DNA of 50,890 bases, from contig DAORXQ010000002.1 of the NCBI GenBank assembly GCA_035371905.1, positions 1 through 50,890 on the forward strand. The letters are read 5' to 3'. The notes under the pieces are model-generated. The model saw nothing but the letters and a program-made list of their open reading frames with translations, did no database searches and was not told where the DNA came from. Made by a program: the position numbers and the translations under genes. Shown here piece after piece: positions 18,453-26,995 of this stretch. Source of the stretch: a bacterium (GTDB lineage: Bacteria > Ratteibacteria > UBA8468 > B48-G9 > JAFGKM01). Every line of letters starts with the position of its first letter. Positions within the stretch are counted from its first letter, which is position 1.

Positions 18453-19667
18453 TTACGCTCCGAATTTAGCAAGTTTCAAAGAACATGCAAGTAAGAGATA
18501 CATAACATTTTTTGAATAAATATTTCCAAGAATTCCTTTTGCACAATCTCTTTCAGTAAATCTTTTAACGTCATCCGGTAGAGTATTTGGAGAAATAAGT
18601 ACAAATGGAACTGGATGCCAGGAATGACTTTTCAACAGAGATGGAGTTGAGTGGTCTCCTGTAATTCCAATTGCTTCAAAATTCATATTTTTAATGGGTT
18701 CAATTTTTTTATCAATTTCTTCAAGTATCTTAACCTTTCCTTCAAAATTACCATCTTCTCCGAAACTGTCTGTTTTTTTAATATGAAGGAAAAAGAAATC
18801 ATAATCATTATAAACTTTTTTCAGTGTTTCTATTTCAGAATCAATGGTTTCCCCACAATCAATAACATCCATTCCAACAAGTTTTGAAATTCCCCTGTAC
18901 ATCGGATATGTAGCTATACAGACAGCGTTAAGTTTATATCTTTCTTTGAATGTTTGTATATCAGGATAAGTTGAAAATCCTCTTAAAAGTAAACATTTTG
19001 CTTTTGAGTTTAAACTTCCAAGGATTGAAATTACTTTTTCTTCAAATTCATTCAAAATTTCTGCTATAAACTTTCCTTTTTCACCCAGCGGTTCAAATTT
19101 TTTAAGTGGTAGTCCTTCTTTCCCGGGGTCATTTTCAGTTACATCACAGGATAAATTTTCTCCTGAAAGTATTAAAGCACATCTGTGTTCTTTAACTGTC
19201 TGAATTTTGAATTTTACTCCTTTTATTTCTTTTATATTTTCAGAAATCAATTTTACAATTTTTTCATTTTCTTCAGTAGGTATTCTTCCTGCTCTTCTAT
19301 CTATAACTATTCTATTTTTGTCAATTGTTGCAAAGTTTCCTCTTATGGCAATTTCTCCTTTTTTTACTTCAAGTCCAATTCCGAGACATTCAAGAATCCC
19401 TCTTCCAATTTGAACTTCTATAGGGTCATATCCAAAAAGTGCAATGTGTCCCGGCCCGCTTCCGGGAGTTATACCAGGTAAAACAGGTATAATAAGTCCA
19501 CAGGAACCAGTTTCTGCAAAATAATCAAGATTTGGAATATTTGCTGTTTCAAGTTCTGTCTTACCAGTTTCAGGATGGGGAAGTCCACCAACTCCATCAA
19601 GAACAAGCAATAATATTTTTTTATCATTTTTCTGTATTATTTCGGATAAAATTTTTTCATAATCCAT
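18453..19667 (-). CDS. apgM: 2,3-bisphosphoglycerate-independent phosphoglycerate mutase, archaeal type (ApgM family)
   Basis: LLVLDGVGGLP, PGSGPGHIALFGYDP, GDHSTP. The ATG at 19667 (MDYEKIL...) has an upstream GGAG; the track start at 19700 would overlap the upstream gene. Confidence 0.85.
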   Translation of the reverse strand: MDYEKILSEIIQKNDKKILLLVLDGVGGLPHPETGKTELETANIPNLDYFAETGSCGLIIPVLPGITPGSGPGHIALFGYDPIEVQIGRGILECLGIGLEVKKGEIAIRGNFATIDKNRIVIDRRAGRIPTEENEKIVKLISENIKEIKGVKFKIQTVKEHRCALILSGENLSCDVTENDPGKEGLPLKKFEPLGEKGKFIAEILNEFEEKVISILGSLNSKAKCLLLRGFSTYPDIQTFKERYKLNAVCIATYPMYRGISKLVGMDVIDCGETIDSEIETLKKVYNDYDFFFLHIKKTDSFGEDGNFEGKVKILEEIDKKIEPIKNMNFEAIGITGDHSTPSLLKSHSWHPVPFVLISPNTLPDDVKRFTERDCAKGILGNIYSKNVMYLLLACSLKLAKFGA

Positions 19668-19680
19668 TTTTACTCCTTTT

Positions 19681-20799
19681 TTAAGTAAAAATTCTTGCAA
19701 TAAAACTCTTTTTTATCTCAATTGCTTTATATGGACAAACTTCAAAACAGCATAGACATAATATACATTTTTTTCTATTAAATTTCAAGTCGTTAGAAAT
19801 TGCTTTTACAGGGCAAATATTATAGCAGGTAAAACATTTTTTACATTTTTTCTTATCTATTACAGGGGCTATTTTAAAAAATTTTGCAATTGGTAAAATA
19901 AATTTTGATAGAAGTTTATTTCTGATAAAAAAATATTTTTTTGTGGAGGGAAGTTGAAAATTTTTTATTTCCTTAAAATCACCGATTATTTCAGGTTTTT
20001 CAATTCCATATTTATCCATATAAATTTCTATAAAATCAACCTTTTCTGGTTTTATTCCAATCAGTTTACAGCATGCATAATCAACATATATCGGCTTTTC
20101 TCCAATTATTAAATATCCAATATTTCTTAAATTACCGGCAGATGGTCCGTCTCCTTCCATTCCTGTTATTCCATCAACTACTGTTAAAAAAATTTTTTCC
20201 TCTATTTTTTTATAAAACTCTATAAGAAAAAAAGAAAATTCATATGGAGTTATAAATTTACTGTGAAGATAACTTTTTATTATTCCGGGTATCAAACCAT
20301 ATAAATTTTTAACACCGACAGTGATGGTTGTTAAGTTATGTGTTTTGAATTTTGGAGCATTTAATATAGAGAAATCGTTTAACAGGGAAGTCACAGGAAT
20401 TTTATAAACTTTGTTATTAACGCAAATATCCAAAGGGAAAGAATTTTCAAACTTTTTTAGTTCAATTTTATATTTATCCCCTATTTCTTTATAACCACAT
20501 TTTTCCCAGTATTCTTCAATTGGTTTTGATATACCTGCTGGACTGTCTCCTATAATAATTTTTTTATTTTTAAAAATCTCAATCAAAGCGGATATAATTG
20601 CTGGATGTGTTGTAACTCCTTCTTCTGGTTGTCTTGCAGAGAGCATATTTGGTTTTATAAGAATTTTTTCAGGAATTTTATTAATTTTAAGTAATTCAAT
20701 TCCCTTTTTTAACTTTTCATAAATTAAGTCAACTGAGTAATCCTTACATTCTAAAATAATTACTTCTTTTCCCATAACGAAAAAAATTATATCATACAT
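19681..20799 (-). CDS. DUF362 domain protein with a C-terminal 2x[4Fe-4S] ferredoxin domain
   Basis: 372 aa. DUF362-like body (ILIKPNM..., HP, GDSPAG, DGITGMEGDGP). C-terminal CKKCFTCYNICP and CILCLCCFEVCP. The alternative start at 20775 (MGKEVIILECKDY) is equally plausible. Confidence 0.75.
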   Translation of the reverse strand: MYDIIFFVMGKEVIILECKDYSVDLIYEKLKKGIELLKINKIPEKILIKPNMLSARQPEEGVTTHPAIISALIEIFKNKKIIIGDSPAGISKPIEEYWEKCGYKEIGDKYKIELKKFENSFPLDICVNNKVYKIPVTSLLNDFSILNAPKFKTHNLTTITVGVKNLYGLIPGIIKSYLHSKFITPYEFSFFLIEFYKKIEEKIFLTVVDGITGMEGDGPSAGNLRNIGYLIIGEKPIYVDYACCKLIGIKPEKVDFIEIYMDKYGIEKPEIIGDFKEIKNFQLPSTKKYFFIRNKLLSKFILPIAKFFKIAPVIDKKKCKKCFTCYNICPVKAISNDLKFNRKKCILCLCCFEVCPYKAIEIKKSFIARIFT

Positions 20800-20878
20800 T
20801 TTAATTTTTATATTTTTGAAAATCTTTGAATGTAATGTAAAATAATAGAAAAGTATTAAATTTATAAAAAGGAAAAAA

Positions 20879-22021
20879 ATGGTTTCTAAATATACAGTTT
20901 ACAGAAAAAACATTCTTAAATTGATTTATCAAAATGAAAATATTTCAAGAAAGAATTTGCATGATTTACTAAATTTAAGATTTGCAACAATTACACATAT
21001 TACAAGAGATTTAATAAAAGAAGGGATAATTGAAGAATCTGGTAAGAGAAAAAGAAAAAGTAAAGGGAGACCTCACGAATTGCTTAAAATAATACCTAAC
21101 AGTAAGTATTTTATTGGATGTGAGTTAACCCCAGAAAAAATAATTTCAGTTATTTTAAATTTTAAAGGAGAATTTATTGGTCAAAAAACAGTAAACTTGG
21201 ATGAAACAGATAAAAAAGAAGAAATTTTAATAAAAATTGTAAATTTATTGAAAAATCTTATTGAAGAAAGCAAAATAGAAAAAAATAAAATATGTGGGAT
21301 AGGTTTTGTAGACCCTGGAATAGTTGATATGCAAAAGGGAGTTTCTGTTTTTTCTTCAATTTTACCGGGATGGGAAAATGTACATATAAGAGATTATTTA
21401 AAACAGAAATTATCAATTAATACACTTATAATTGGTAGTTCCCAATCAAAAGTTTTGAGTGAAAAATTTCTGGGTAAGGGTAGAAAAAGTAAAAATATAA
21501 TTTTTATTGAATATGGAAAAGGGATTGCCTGTGGAATTATAAATGATAATAAAATAATTCATGGACAAGGAGGAGTTGCTGGTGAATTTGGACATGTTAA
21601 AATACCTTATAAAGATGAAATCTGTAATTGTGGTAAAAGAGGATGTCTTGAATCAATAATAAGTGTTCCAGCAATTTTGAAAAAAATAAAAGATGTTAAA
21701 GGGACAGAACTTAAAATGAATGAAATTATTGAAAGGTATGAAAAGGGAGATAGTGAGATAAAAAAATTTATGGATGATGTTTTTAATATTCTGGTTTTTT
21801 CTGTCTCTAATTTAATAAATATTTTAAATCCTGAAATTGTGATATTTGATAAAAATTTTCTTGTTTTTGAGAAGGAATTTAAAAATATTTTTGAAAAAAT
21901 AAAAGAAAATATGGTTTATGAGTATCCTGTGAGTTTTGAAATTTCAGATTTTGGCGAAGAAATAGGGGCAATTGGAGGCGCATGTCTTGTTATAAGTAAT
22001 TTTTTAGGACTTGACATTTAA
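20879..22021 (+). CDS. ROK family transcriptional regulator (NagC/XylR-like)
   Basis: 380 aa. N-terminal wHTH region, then a ROK sugar-kinase-like fold with GEFGH and the Zn motif CNCGKRGCLE. Confidence 0.8.
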   Translation: MVSKYTVYRKNILKLIYQNENISRKNLHDLLNLRFATITHITRDLIKEGIIEESGKRKRKSKGRPHELLKIIPNSKYFIGCELTPEKIISVILNFKGEFIGQKTVNLDETDKKEEILIKIVNLLKNLIEESKIEKNKICGIGFVDPGIVDMQKGVSVFSSILPGWENVHIRDYLKQKLSINTLIIGSSQSKVLSEKFLGKGRKSKNIIFIEYGKGIACGIINDNKIIHGQGGVAGEFGHVKIPYKDEICNCGKRGCLESIISVPAILKKIKDVKGTELKMNEIIERYEKGDSEIKKFMDDVFNILVFSVSNLINILNPEIVIFDKNFLVFEKEFKNIFEKIKENMVYEYPVSFEISDFGEEIGAIGGACLVISNFLGLDI

Positions 22022-22068
22022 TTTTTTTTAAAATATTATTTACAAAAAGGTAAAAAAAGGAGATAAAT

Positions 22069-23373
22069 ATGAAAAAGAAAAAAATTTCGGATTTTAGATA
22101 TGATACAGGTCCTGCAAGAATCCCATGGAGTGCTGTTGGAGAGAAAATAAAATTACAGGATATTATGGAGATTTTAAAATTTCTTATCCCTCCAAAAAAT
22201 AAAAAATATAAAATTCAATTGAAAAAAGTTGAAAAAGAATTAAAAAAATTGATTGAAAATTCAGAACTTTCCAGTAAATTGACACTTGGAGATAAAGTTA
22301 GAACTTTAGAAGAAGAAGTCAAGAAGTTTTTGAAATGTAAATATGCGGTATTTTTGACAAATGCTACTGCTGGTTTTGAAATTGCTTATAAATTTGCTGG
22401 TTTAAAACCGGGAGATGAGGTTATAGCGCCCGCAATTACTTTTATTGCTACCATTTCCTATCCACTTTCTATTGGAGCAAAAGTTGTTCTGGTTGATGTT
22501 GACCCAAAAACATTAAATATGGATCCTGAAGATTTAGCAAGAAAAATCACAAAAAACACGAAAGTTATAGTCCCTGTTCATATAGGTGGTTATCCATGTG
22601 ATATGGATGCAATAATGGATATTGCAAGAAAATTTAATGCGGTAGTTCTTGAAGATGCTGCTCATGCTTTTGGAGCAAAATATAATGATAAGATGGTTGG
22701 TACAATTGGACATTTTGGTGCTTTTAGTTTTCATGAGGTTAAAAACATAACATCTCTTGGAGAAGGTGGAATTCTTGTTACAAATGAAAAAATAGGAGAG
22801 GATTTTCCAAAAGCAAGGTTTGTTGGTTTTAATATTTCCAATCCAATTCCTTTCTGGCTTTATGATGTTGTTGCTTTAAAATGGAGAGGTGATTATTTTG
22901 CTCCTGGGAATCATTCTGCTACAGAAATTCAGGCAGTTGCTTTACTTTCCCAAATGAAAAGAATAAATAAAATTATTGGAAAAAGAAGAAAAGCGGCTGA
23001 ATATTTAAATGAAAGGTTTAAAAATGTTAAAGGAATTGTAATCCCTCCTCTTGATGATAAAAAAATAAAATCAACACATCATTTATATCTTTTCCAGGTT
23101 GACCCGGGTGTATTAAATGGAGACATTCAAAAAGTTAAAGAAAAAATGGGAGAAAAAGGAATAACTCAAATCCCTCATTTTGCTCCATTATACAGATTTT
23201 CAATTATGAAACAACTTGGATATGATACAGAAAAAATAAAAGAGACATGCCCAAATGCAGAAGAAGTTTTTTTGCATCGGTTTACACATCTTCCACTGTA
23301 CGATTTTAAAAAAGTTGATTTAAAATATATGTCTGATACAATAATTAAAATTATTAAAGAGATGCAAAAATGA
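22069..23373 (+). CDS. DegT/DnrJ/EryC1/StrS family PLP-dependent aminotransferase (sugar aminotransferase/dehydratase family)
   Basis: 434 aa. VIAPAITFIAT, EDAAHAFGA, and the FSFHEVKNITSLGEGG PLP-lysine motif. RBS aaaggagataaatATG. Confidence 0.88.
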   Translation: MKKKKISDFRYDTGPARIPWSAVGEKIKLQDIMEILKFLIPPKNKKYKIQLKKVEKELKKLIENSELSSKLTLGDKVRTLEEEVKKFLKCKYAVFLTNATAGFEIAYKFAGLKPGDEVIAPAITFIATISYPLSIGAKVVLVDVDPKTLNMDPEDLARKITKNTKVIVPVHIGGYPCDMDAIMDIARKFNAVVLEDAAHAFGAKYNDKMVGTIGHFGAFSFHEVKNITSLGEGGILVTNEKIGEDFPKARFVGFNISNPIPFWLYDVVALKWRGDYFAPGNHSATEIQAVALLSQMKRINKIIGKRRKAAEYLNERFKNVKGIVIPPLDDKKIKSTHHLYLFQVDPGVLNGDIQKVKEKMGEKGITQIPHFAPLYRFSIMKQLGYDTEKIKETCPNAEEVFLHRFTHLPLYDFKKVDLKYMSDTIIKIIKEMQK

Positions 23374-24468
23374 TAATAGGAATACCAAAAGAAATTAAAG
23401 AAGAAGAATACAGAGTTGGGATTTTACCTGAAACAGTTAGCAAACTAGTTAAAAAAAGGTCATAAGGTTTTAATAGAAAAAAATTCAGGGATTGGTGTAG
23501 GAATAAAGGATGAAGATTATCAGGAAAAAGGTGCAGAAATAGTAAATGACCATGCTTATATTTTTAAAAATTCAGATTTAATTATTAAAGTAAAAGAAAT
23601 CCTTCCTTCTGAATATAATTTATTATGTGAAGGTCAGATGATTTTTACATTTTTTCATTTTTCATCTAATATTGAAATGACAGAAAAACTAATAGAAAAA
23701 AAATTATCCTGTATTGCTTATGAACTTGTGGAGGAAGAAGGAATACTTACTATTTTAAAACCAATGAGTGAAATAGCGGGTAAATTAAGTGTTCAGGAAG
23801 GAATGAAATATCTTGAAAAAGAATATGGAGGTAAAGGAGTTCTTTTGTCTGGTGCAGAGGGTGTTAAACCTGGTAAAGTGGTAATTCTTGGAGGAGGAAC
23901 TGTTGGATATAATGCTGCTAAAATTGCTTATTCAATTGGTGCAAAGGTTGTAATTTTTGAGATAGATAAAGAAAAAATAAAAAGATTAAAAAGAGAATTT
24001 CCTAAAGGGAAAATTCTGTATTCTGAAAAAGAAAAAATAAAAAAAGAAATTAAAGATGCTGATGTTGTAATTGGTGCTGTTTTAATTCCGGGTAGAAAAG
24101 CACCTGTATTGATAAAAGAAGAAGATTTGAAGATTATGGAAGAAGGTACTGTTATAGTAGATGTTTCAATAGATGAGGGAGGCGTTTTTGAAACAAGTCA
24201 TCCAACTACGCATAAAAATCCAATTTATAAATATGAAGGCATTGTTCATTATTGTGTTCCTAATATCCCTGGAATAGTTCCAAAATCTTCAACATATGCT
24301 CTGTGTAATGTAACAGAAAAATATATATTACAACTTGCTGATAAAGGTTTGAAAGCAATAGAAATATCACAACCTTTGAAATCTGGGTTAGCTATAAAAT
24401 ACGGAGAAATTGTAAATCAAAAATTAAGTTGGGCTATGCAGGACTTGGCGATTCCGTCTACAAAGTAA
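23370..24468 (+). pseudogene. ald: Alanine dehydrogenase disrupted by a single +1 frameshift in an A7 homopolymer (or an assembly error)
   Basis: The ATG at 23370 (ATGA overlap with the DegT gene stop) reads MIIGIPKEIKEEEYRVGILPETVSKLVKK, then hits TAA at 23463-23465. The +1 frame continues from 23458 without stops as GHKVLIEKNSGIGVGIKDEDYQEKGAEIV...EGQMIFTFFHF into the track ORF 23638..24468 (GGGTVGYNAAKIA NAD-binding loop). Removing one A from the run 23451-23457 restores an Ald of about 366 aa. Confidence 0.85.
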
Positions 24469-24626
24469 TATTCCCTTTTTAGAAAATGTAAACTTTGGAT
24501 ACAACTGACATTATAATTTTTCTTATTTGTCGCAATTACTTAAAACATATCTTCTTTCAAGTCCTTTTTTATATTGGATAACTAATTTTTTCCTGTTTCA
24601 GGATTTAGTTTTATTTGAATACTTTT

Positions 24627-24699
24627 TGGGCCGTGCAGGACTTGAACCTGCGGCCTACGGATTAAGAGTCCGCCGCTCTACCAATTGAGCTAACGGCCC
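24627..24699 (-). tRNA. tRNA-Lys (anticodon CTT)
   Basis: The reverse complement GGGCCGTTAGCTCAATTGGTAGAGCGGCGGACTCTTAATCCGTAGGCCGCAGGTTCAAGTCCTGCACGGCCCA folds as a cloverleaf: 7-bp acceptor stem, GCTC/GAGC D stem, CT-CTT-AA anticodon loop, GCAGG/CCTGC T stem with a TTCAAGT loop. CCA is not encoded. Confidence 0.9.
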
Positions 24700-24711
24700 A
24701 AAATTTTAAAT

Positions 24712-24785
24712 TGCGCCTGGCGCGACTTGAACGCGCAACCCTCTGCTTAGAAGGCAGATGCTCTATCCTATTGAGCTACAGGCGC
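24712..24785 (-). tRNA. tRNA-Arg (anticodon TCT)
   Basis: The reverse complement GCGCCTGTAGCTCAATAGGATAGAGCATCTGCCTTCTAAGCAGAGGGTTGCGCGTTCAAGTCGCGCCAGGCGCA has a GCGCCTG/CAGGCGC acceptor stem, a TCTGC/GCAGA anticodon stem with a CT-TCT-AA loop, and a GCGCG/CGCGC T stem. Confidence 0.9.
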
Positions 24786-24800
24786 TTTTACATTTATTAT

Positions 24801-24829
24801 ATTTTAATATTTATAATGCCAGAAGTCAA
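24801..24829 (-). promoter_or_regulatory. Candidate promoter for the tRNA-Arg/tRNA-Lys pair
   Basis: On the minus strand: TTGACT (24829-24824), a 17-nt spacer, TAAAAT (24806-24801). The -10 ends about 15 nt upstream of the tRNA-Arg 5' end. Confidence 0.4.
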
Positions 24830-24931
24830 TAAATGTAGGAATCTAAATAATTTTTAAACTTTTGGTATGTAAATTACAAGTGACTAAATTAAAGATGGAT
24901 TATTATTTTTTTTTATGATATACTTATTTTG

Positions 24932-25189
24932 ATGAAAATTTTTTATGTTTTTTCTGTTTTATTTTTATGTGCAATGATAGGTAGTTGTATTGGAGAAATA
25001 ATTCTTATGTTTATTCCTCAGGGAACAATTTATTACAATTTTCTTTCAAATCACCTTTCTCCTGTATGGGAAATTAAACAATTAGACCTCATTATTTTCA
25101 ATCTTTCTTTTTCTATAAGATTTAATATTAATTCTTTTACCCTTTTAGGTTTAATTATAGGTTCAATTTTCTCATTAAAAAAGGTATAA
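24932..25189 (+). CDS. Small membrane protein, DUF4321-like
   Basis: About 85 aa. The track start at 24929 is a TTG immediately before the ATG at 24932. An N-terminal helix with a G..IGE motif, a central region and a C-terminal helix (LLGLIIGSIFSLKK) resemble my recollection of DUF4321 proteins. The family call is from memory only. Confidence 0.5.
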   Translation: MKIFYVFSVLFLCAMIGSCIGEIILMFIPQGTIYYNFLSNHLSPVWEIKQLDLIIFNLSFSIRFNINSFTLLGLIIGSIFSLKKV

Positions 25190-25199
25190 TTTCTTTACT

Positions 25200-26507
25200 A
25201 TGTCCAAAAAATTCTTTATAAAAACTTATGGCTGTCAGATGAATTTTTATGATTCCGAAAGATTAAGAGCACTATTAAAAAGAGAGAATTTTATTGAAGT
25301 TTCTATTCCTGAAGAAGCAGATTATATAATTGTAAATACTTGTTCTGTTAGAAAACATGCTGAAGATAGAGCCATTTCTTTTTTATCTTCTTTAAAAAAT
25401 TTTAAAAATAATAAAAAATTTTGTCTTGTTGGTTGTACTCCTTCATTATACAGGGAAGAAATTTTTAAAAGATATGATTTTGTAGATATAATATGTGGAC
25501 CAAATTCGTATAAGAAGTTTGTAGAAGTTTTAAAAAATAATTTCTATGATAAAAAAATAGGAATATTTCAAGAGGATATGGATTTATTTAATGAGATTTT
25601 ATTACCGGAAATAAGAGGTAGTTCTGTTTCTTCTTTTATTTCAATTACAAAAGGGTGTGAAAATTTTTGTAGTTATTGTGTTGTTCCTTATACAAGAGGG
25701 AAACTTATCAGTAAGCCGGTTGGTATCATATTAGAAGAAATAAAAAAACTTGTTGAAAAGGGTATAAAAGAAGTAATTTTACTCGGACAGAATGTTAATG
25801 AATATGGTAAAGATAATGGAGAAAATTTTGTAGAATTACTTACCAAAGTCCACAATATTGATGGGTTATTAAAAATTGGTTTTTTAACTTCTCATCCAAA
25901 AGACATTTCTACGGATTTAATAAATCTTTTTTCAGAATTACCAAAATTATATAAACATTTACATCTTCCACTTCAATCAGGTTCAAATAAAATACTCAAA
26001 TTAATGAATAGAAAATACTCTCTTGAAAAATATATTGAAATTGTTCAGAGAGCAAGAAATGCTTGCCCGGATATTTCAATAACTTCTGATATAATTTTAG
26101 GATTTCCTTATGAAGATGAAAAAGATTTTGAGCAGACATATAGAGTTATTGAGGAGATTGAATTTGATGATTTATATGTTTTTAAATATTCACCAAGGCC
26201 TTTAACAGAAGCAAATAAATTCCCCGATAATGTCCCAAAAGAAGAAAAAGAAAAAAGGCATAGATTAATATTGAATTTACAGGATAAAATTTCTCTTTTA
26301 AAAAATAAAAAGAAAGAAGGTAAAATTGACGATGTTTTTATAAAAAAAGAAAGTTATAAGAAAAAAAATTCATACATTGGAAGAACAACTAATAATAAAC
26401 CTGTTATAGTTGAAACAGAGGAAAAGAAACTGGAAGGTAAAATTTTCAAAGTAAAAATAGAAAAAGGGGAGAGACATTATCTTTATGGAAGTATTGTGAG
26501 AGTTTAA
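25200..26507 (+). CDS. miaB: tRNA-2-methylthio-N6-dimethylallyladenosine synthase (methylthiotransferase)
   Basis: 435 aa. UPF0004 N-domain (KTYGCQMNFYDSE ... NTCSVR ... GC), the radical SAM CENFCSYCVVP motif and a C-terminal TRAM domain. Confidence 0.93.
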   Translation: MSKKFFIKTYGCQMNFYDSERLRALLKRENFIEVSIPEEADYIIVNTCSVRKHAEDRAISFLSSLKNFKNNKKFCLVGCTPSLYREEIFKRYDFVDIICGPNSYKKFVEVLKNNFYDKKIGIFQEDMDLFNEILLPEIRGSSVSSFISITKGCENFCSYCVVPYTRGKLISKPVGIILEEIKKLVEKGIKEVILLGQNVNEYGKDNGENFVELLTKVHNIDGLLKIGFLTSHPKDISTDLINLFSELPKLYKHLHLPLQSGSNKILKLMNRKYSLEKYIEIVQRARNACPDISITSDIILGFPYEDEKDFEQTYRVIEEIEFDDLYVFKYSPRPLTEANKFPDNVPKEEKEKRHRLILNLQDKISLLKNKKKEGKIDDVFIKKESYKKKNSYIGRTTNNKPVIVETEEKKLEGKIFKVKIEKGERHYLYGSIVRV

Positions 26508-26512
26508 TAAAT

Positions 26513-26995
26513 TTATTCTTTTGCAGAAATTTCTTTTTTATGTGCAAAAGTCATAAGAAAAGAAGTTATTATAAGAAGTAAAAAACACAAAATCACTTTT
26601 TTTAAAATTATTTCTTCTTTATATCTTTCGCCCTTTTTCACGATTTCAACTCTAACTGCATGTATATCCCTTTCACCTTGATGTTTTAAACAGTTTACAT
26701 TGTATATTCCCTCTATTCTTAGAATATCTCCTTTAACTTTATAACTACCAAGATTTTCTATAATCTTTGCATCCTTTTCACTCACTACTACTCCAATAGC
26801 GAAGTCCTCAAATACATCTTTAATATTTACCCATTTTTCTTTCCCTCTTCCCATAATTTCTCCGATTGCTTCTCCTTCAATAATAACAGATTTTCCATTG
26901 TATTTTTTGCTATTTTCAAAAAGTTCTTTTATCTTTACTTTTTCAGATGAATAAATGAGTGTTGAAAAAAGTAAAATAAATATTAATTTTTTCAT
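26513..26995 (-). CDS. Hypothetical exported protein with a C-terminal membrane anchor (possible OB-like beta domain)
   Basis: The ATG at 26995 (MKKLIFILLFSTLIYS signal-like) has an AAGGAG RBS and an ATGA overlap with the trkH stop. The track start at 27067 lies inside trkH. There is a C-terminal hydrophobic helix, VILCFLLLIITSFLMTF. Confidence 0.6.
   Translation of the reverse strand: MKKLIFILLFSTLIYSSEKVKIKELFENSKKYNGKSVIIEGEAIGEIMGRGKEKWVNIKDVFEDFAIGVVVSEKDAKIIENLGSYKVKGDILRIEGIYNVNCLKHQGERDIHAVRVEIVKKGERYKEEIILKKVILCFLLLIITSFLMTFAHKKEISAKE

Noticed and set aside
24586-24604. Small hairpin TCCTG-TTT-CAGGA downstream of ald, as a possible terminator
   Set aside because: The stem is only 5 bp and the T-tract is weak or interrupted. 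It lies about 120 nt past the ald stop and is not convincing for either strand.
24469-24928. tRNA-Lys/tRNA-Arg cluster next to the broken ald gene, as a possible integration hotspot or genomic-island border
   Set aside because: There is no integrase, no direct repeat of a tRNA 3' end and no compositional shift that I can see. The flanking genes (miaB, ald) are ordinary housekeeping genes.
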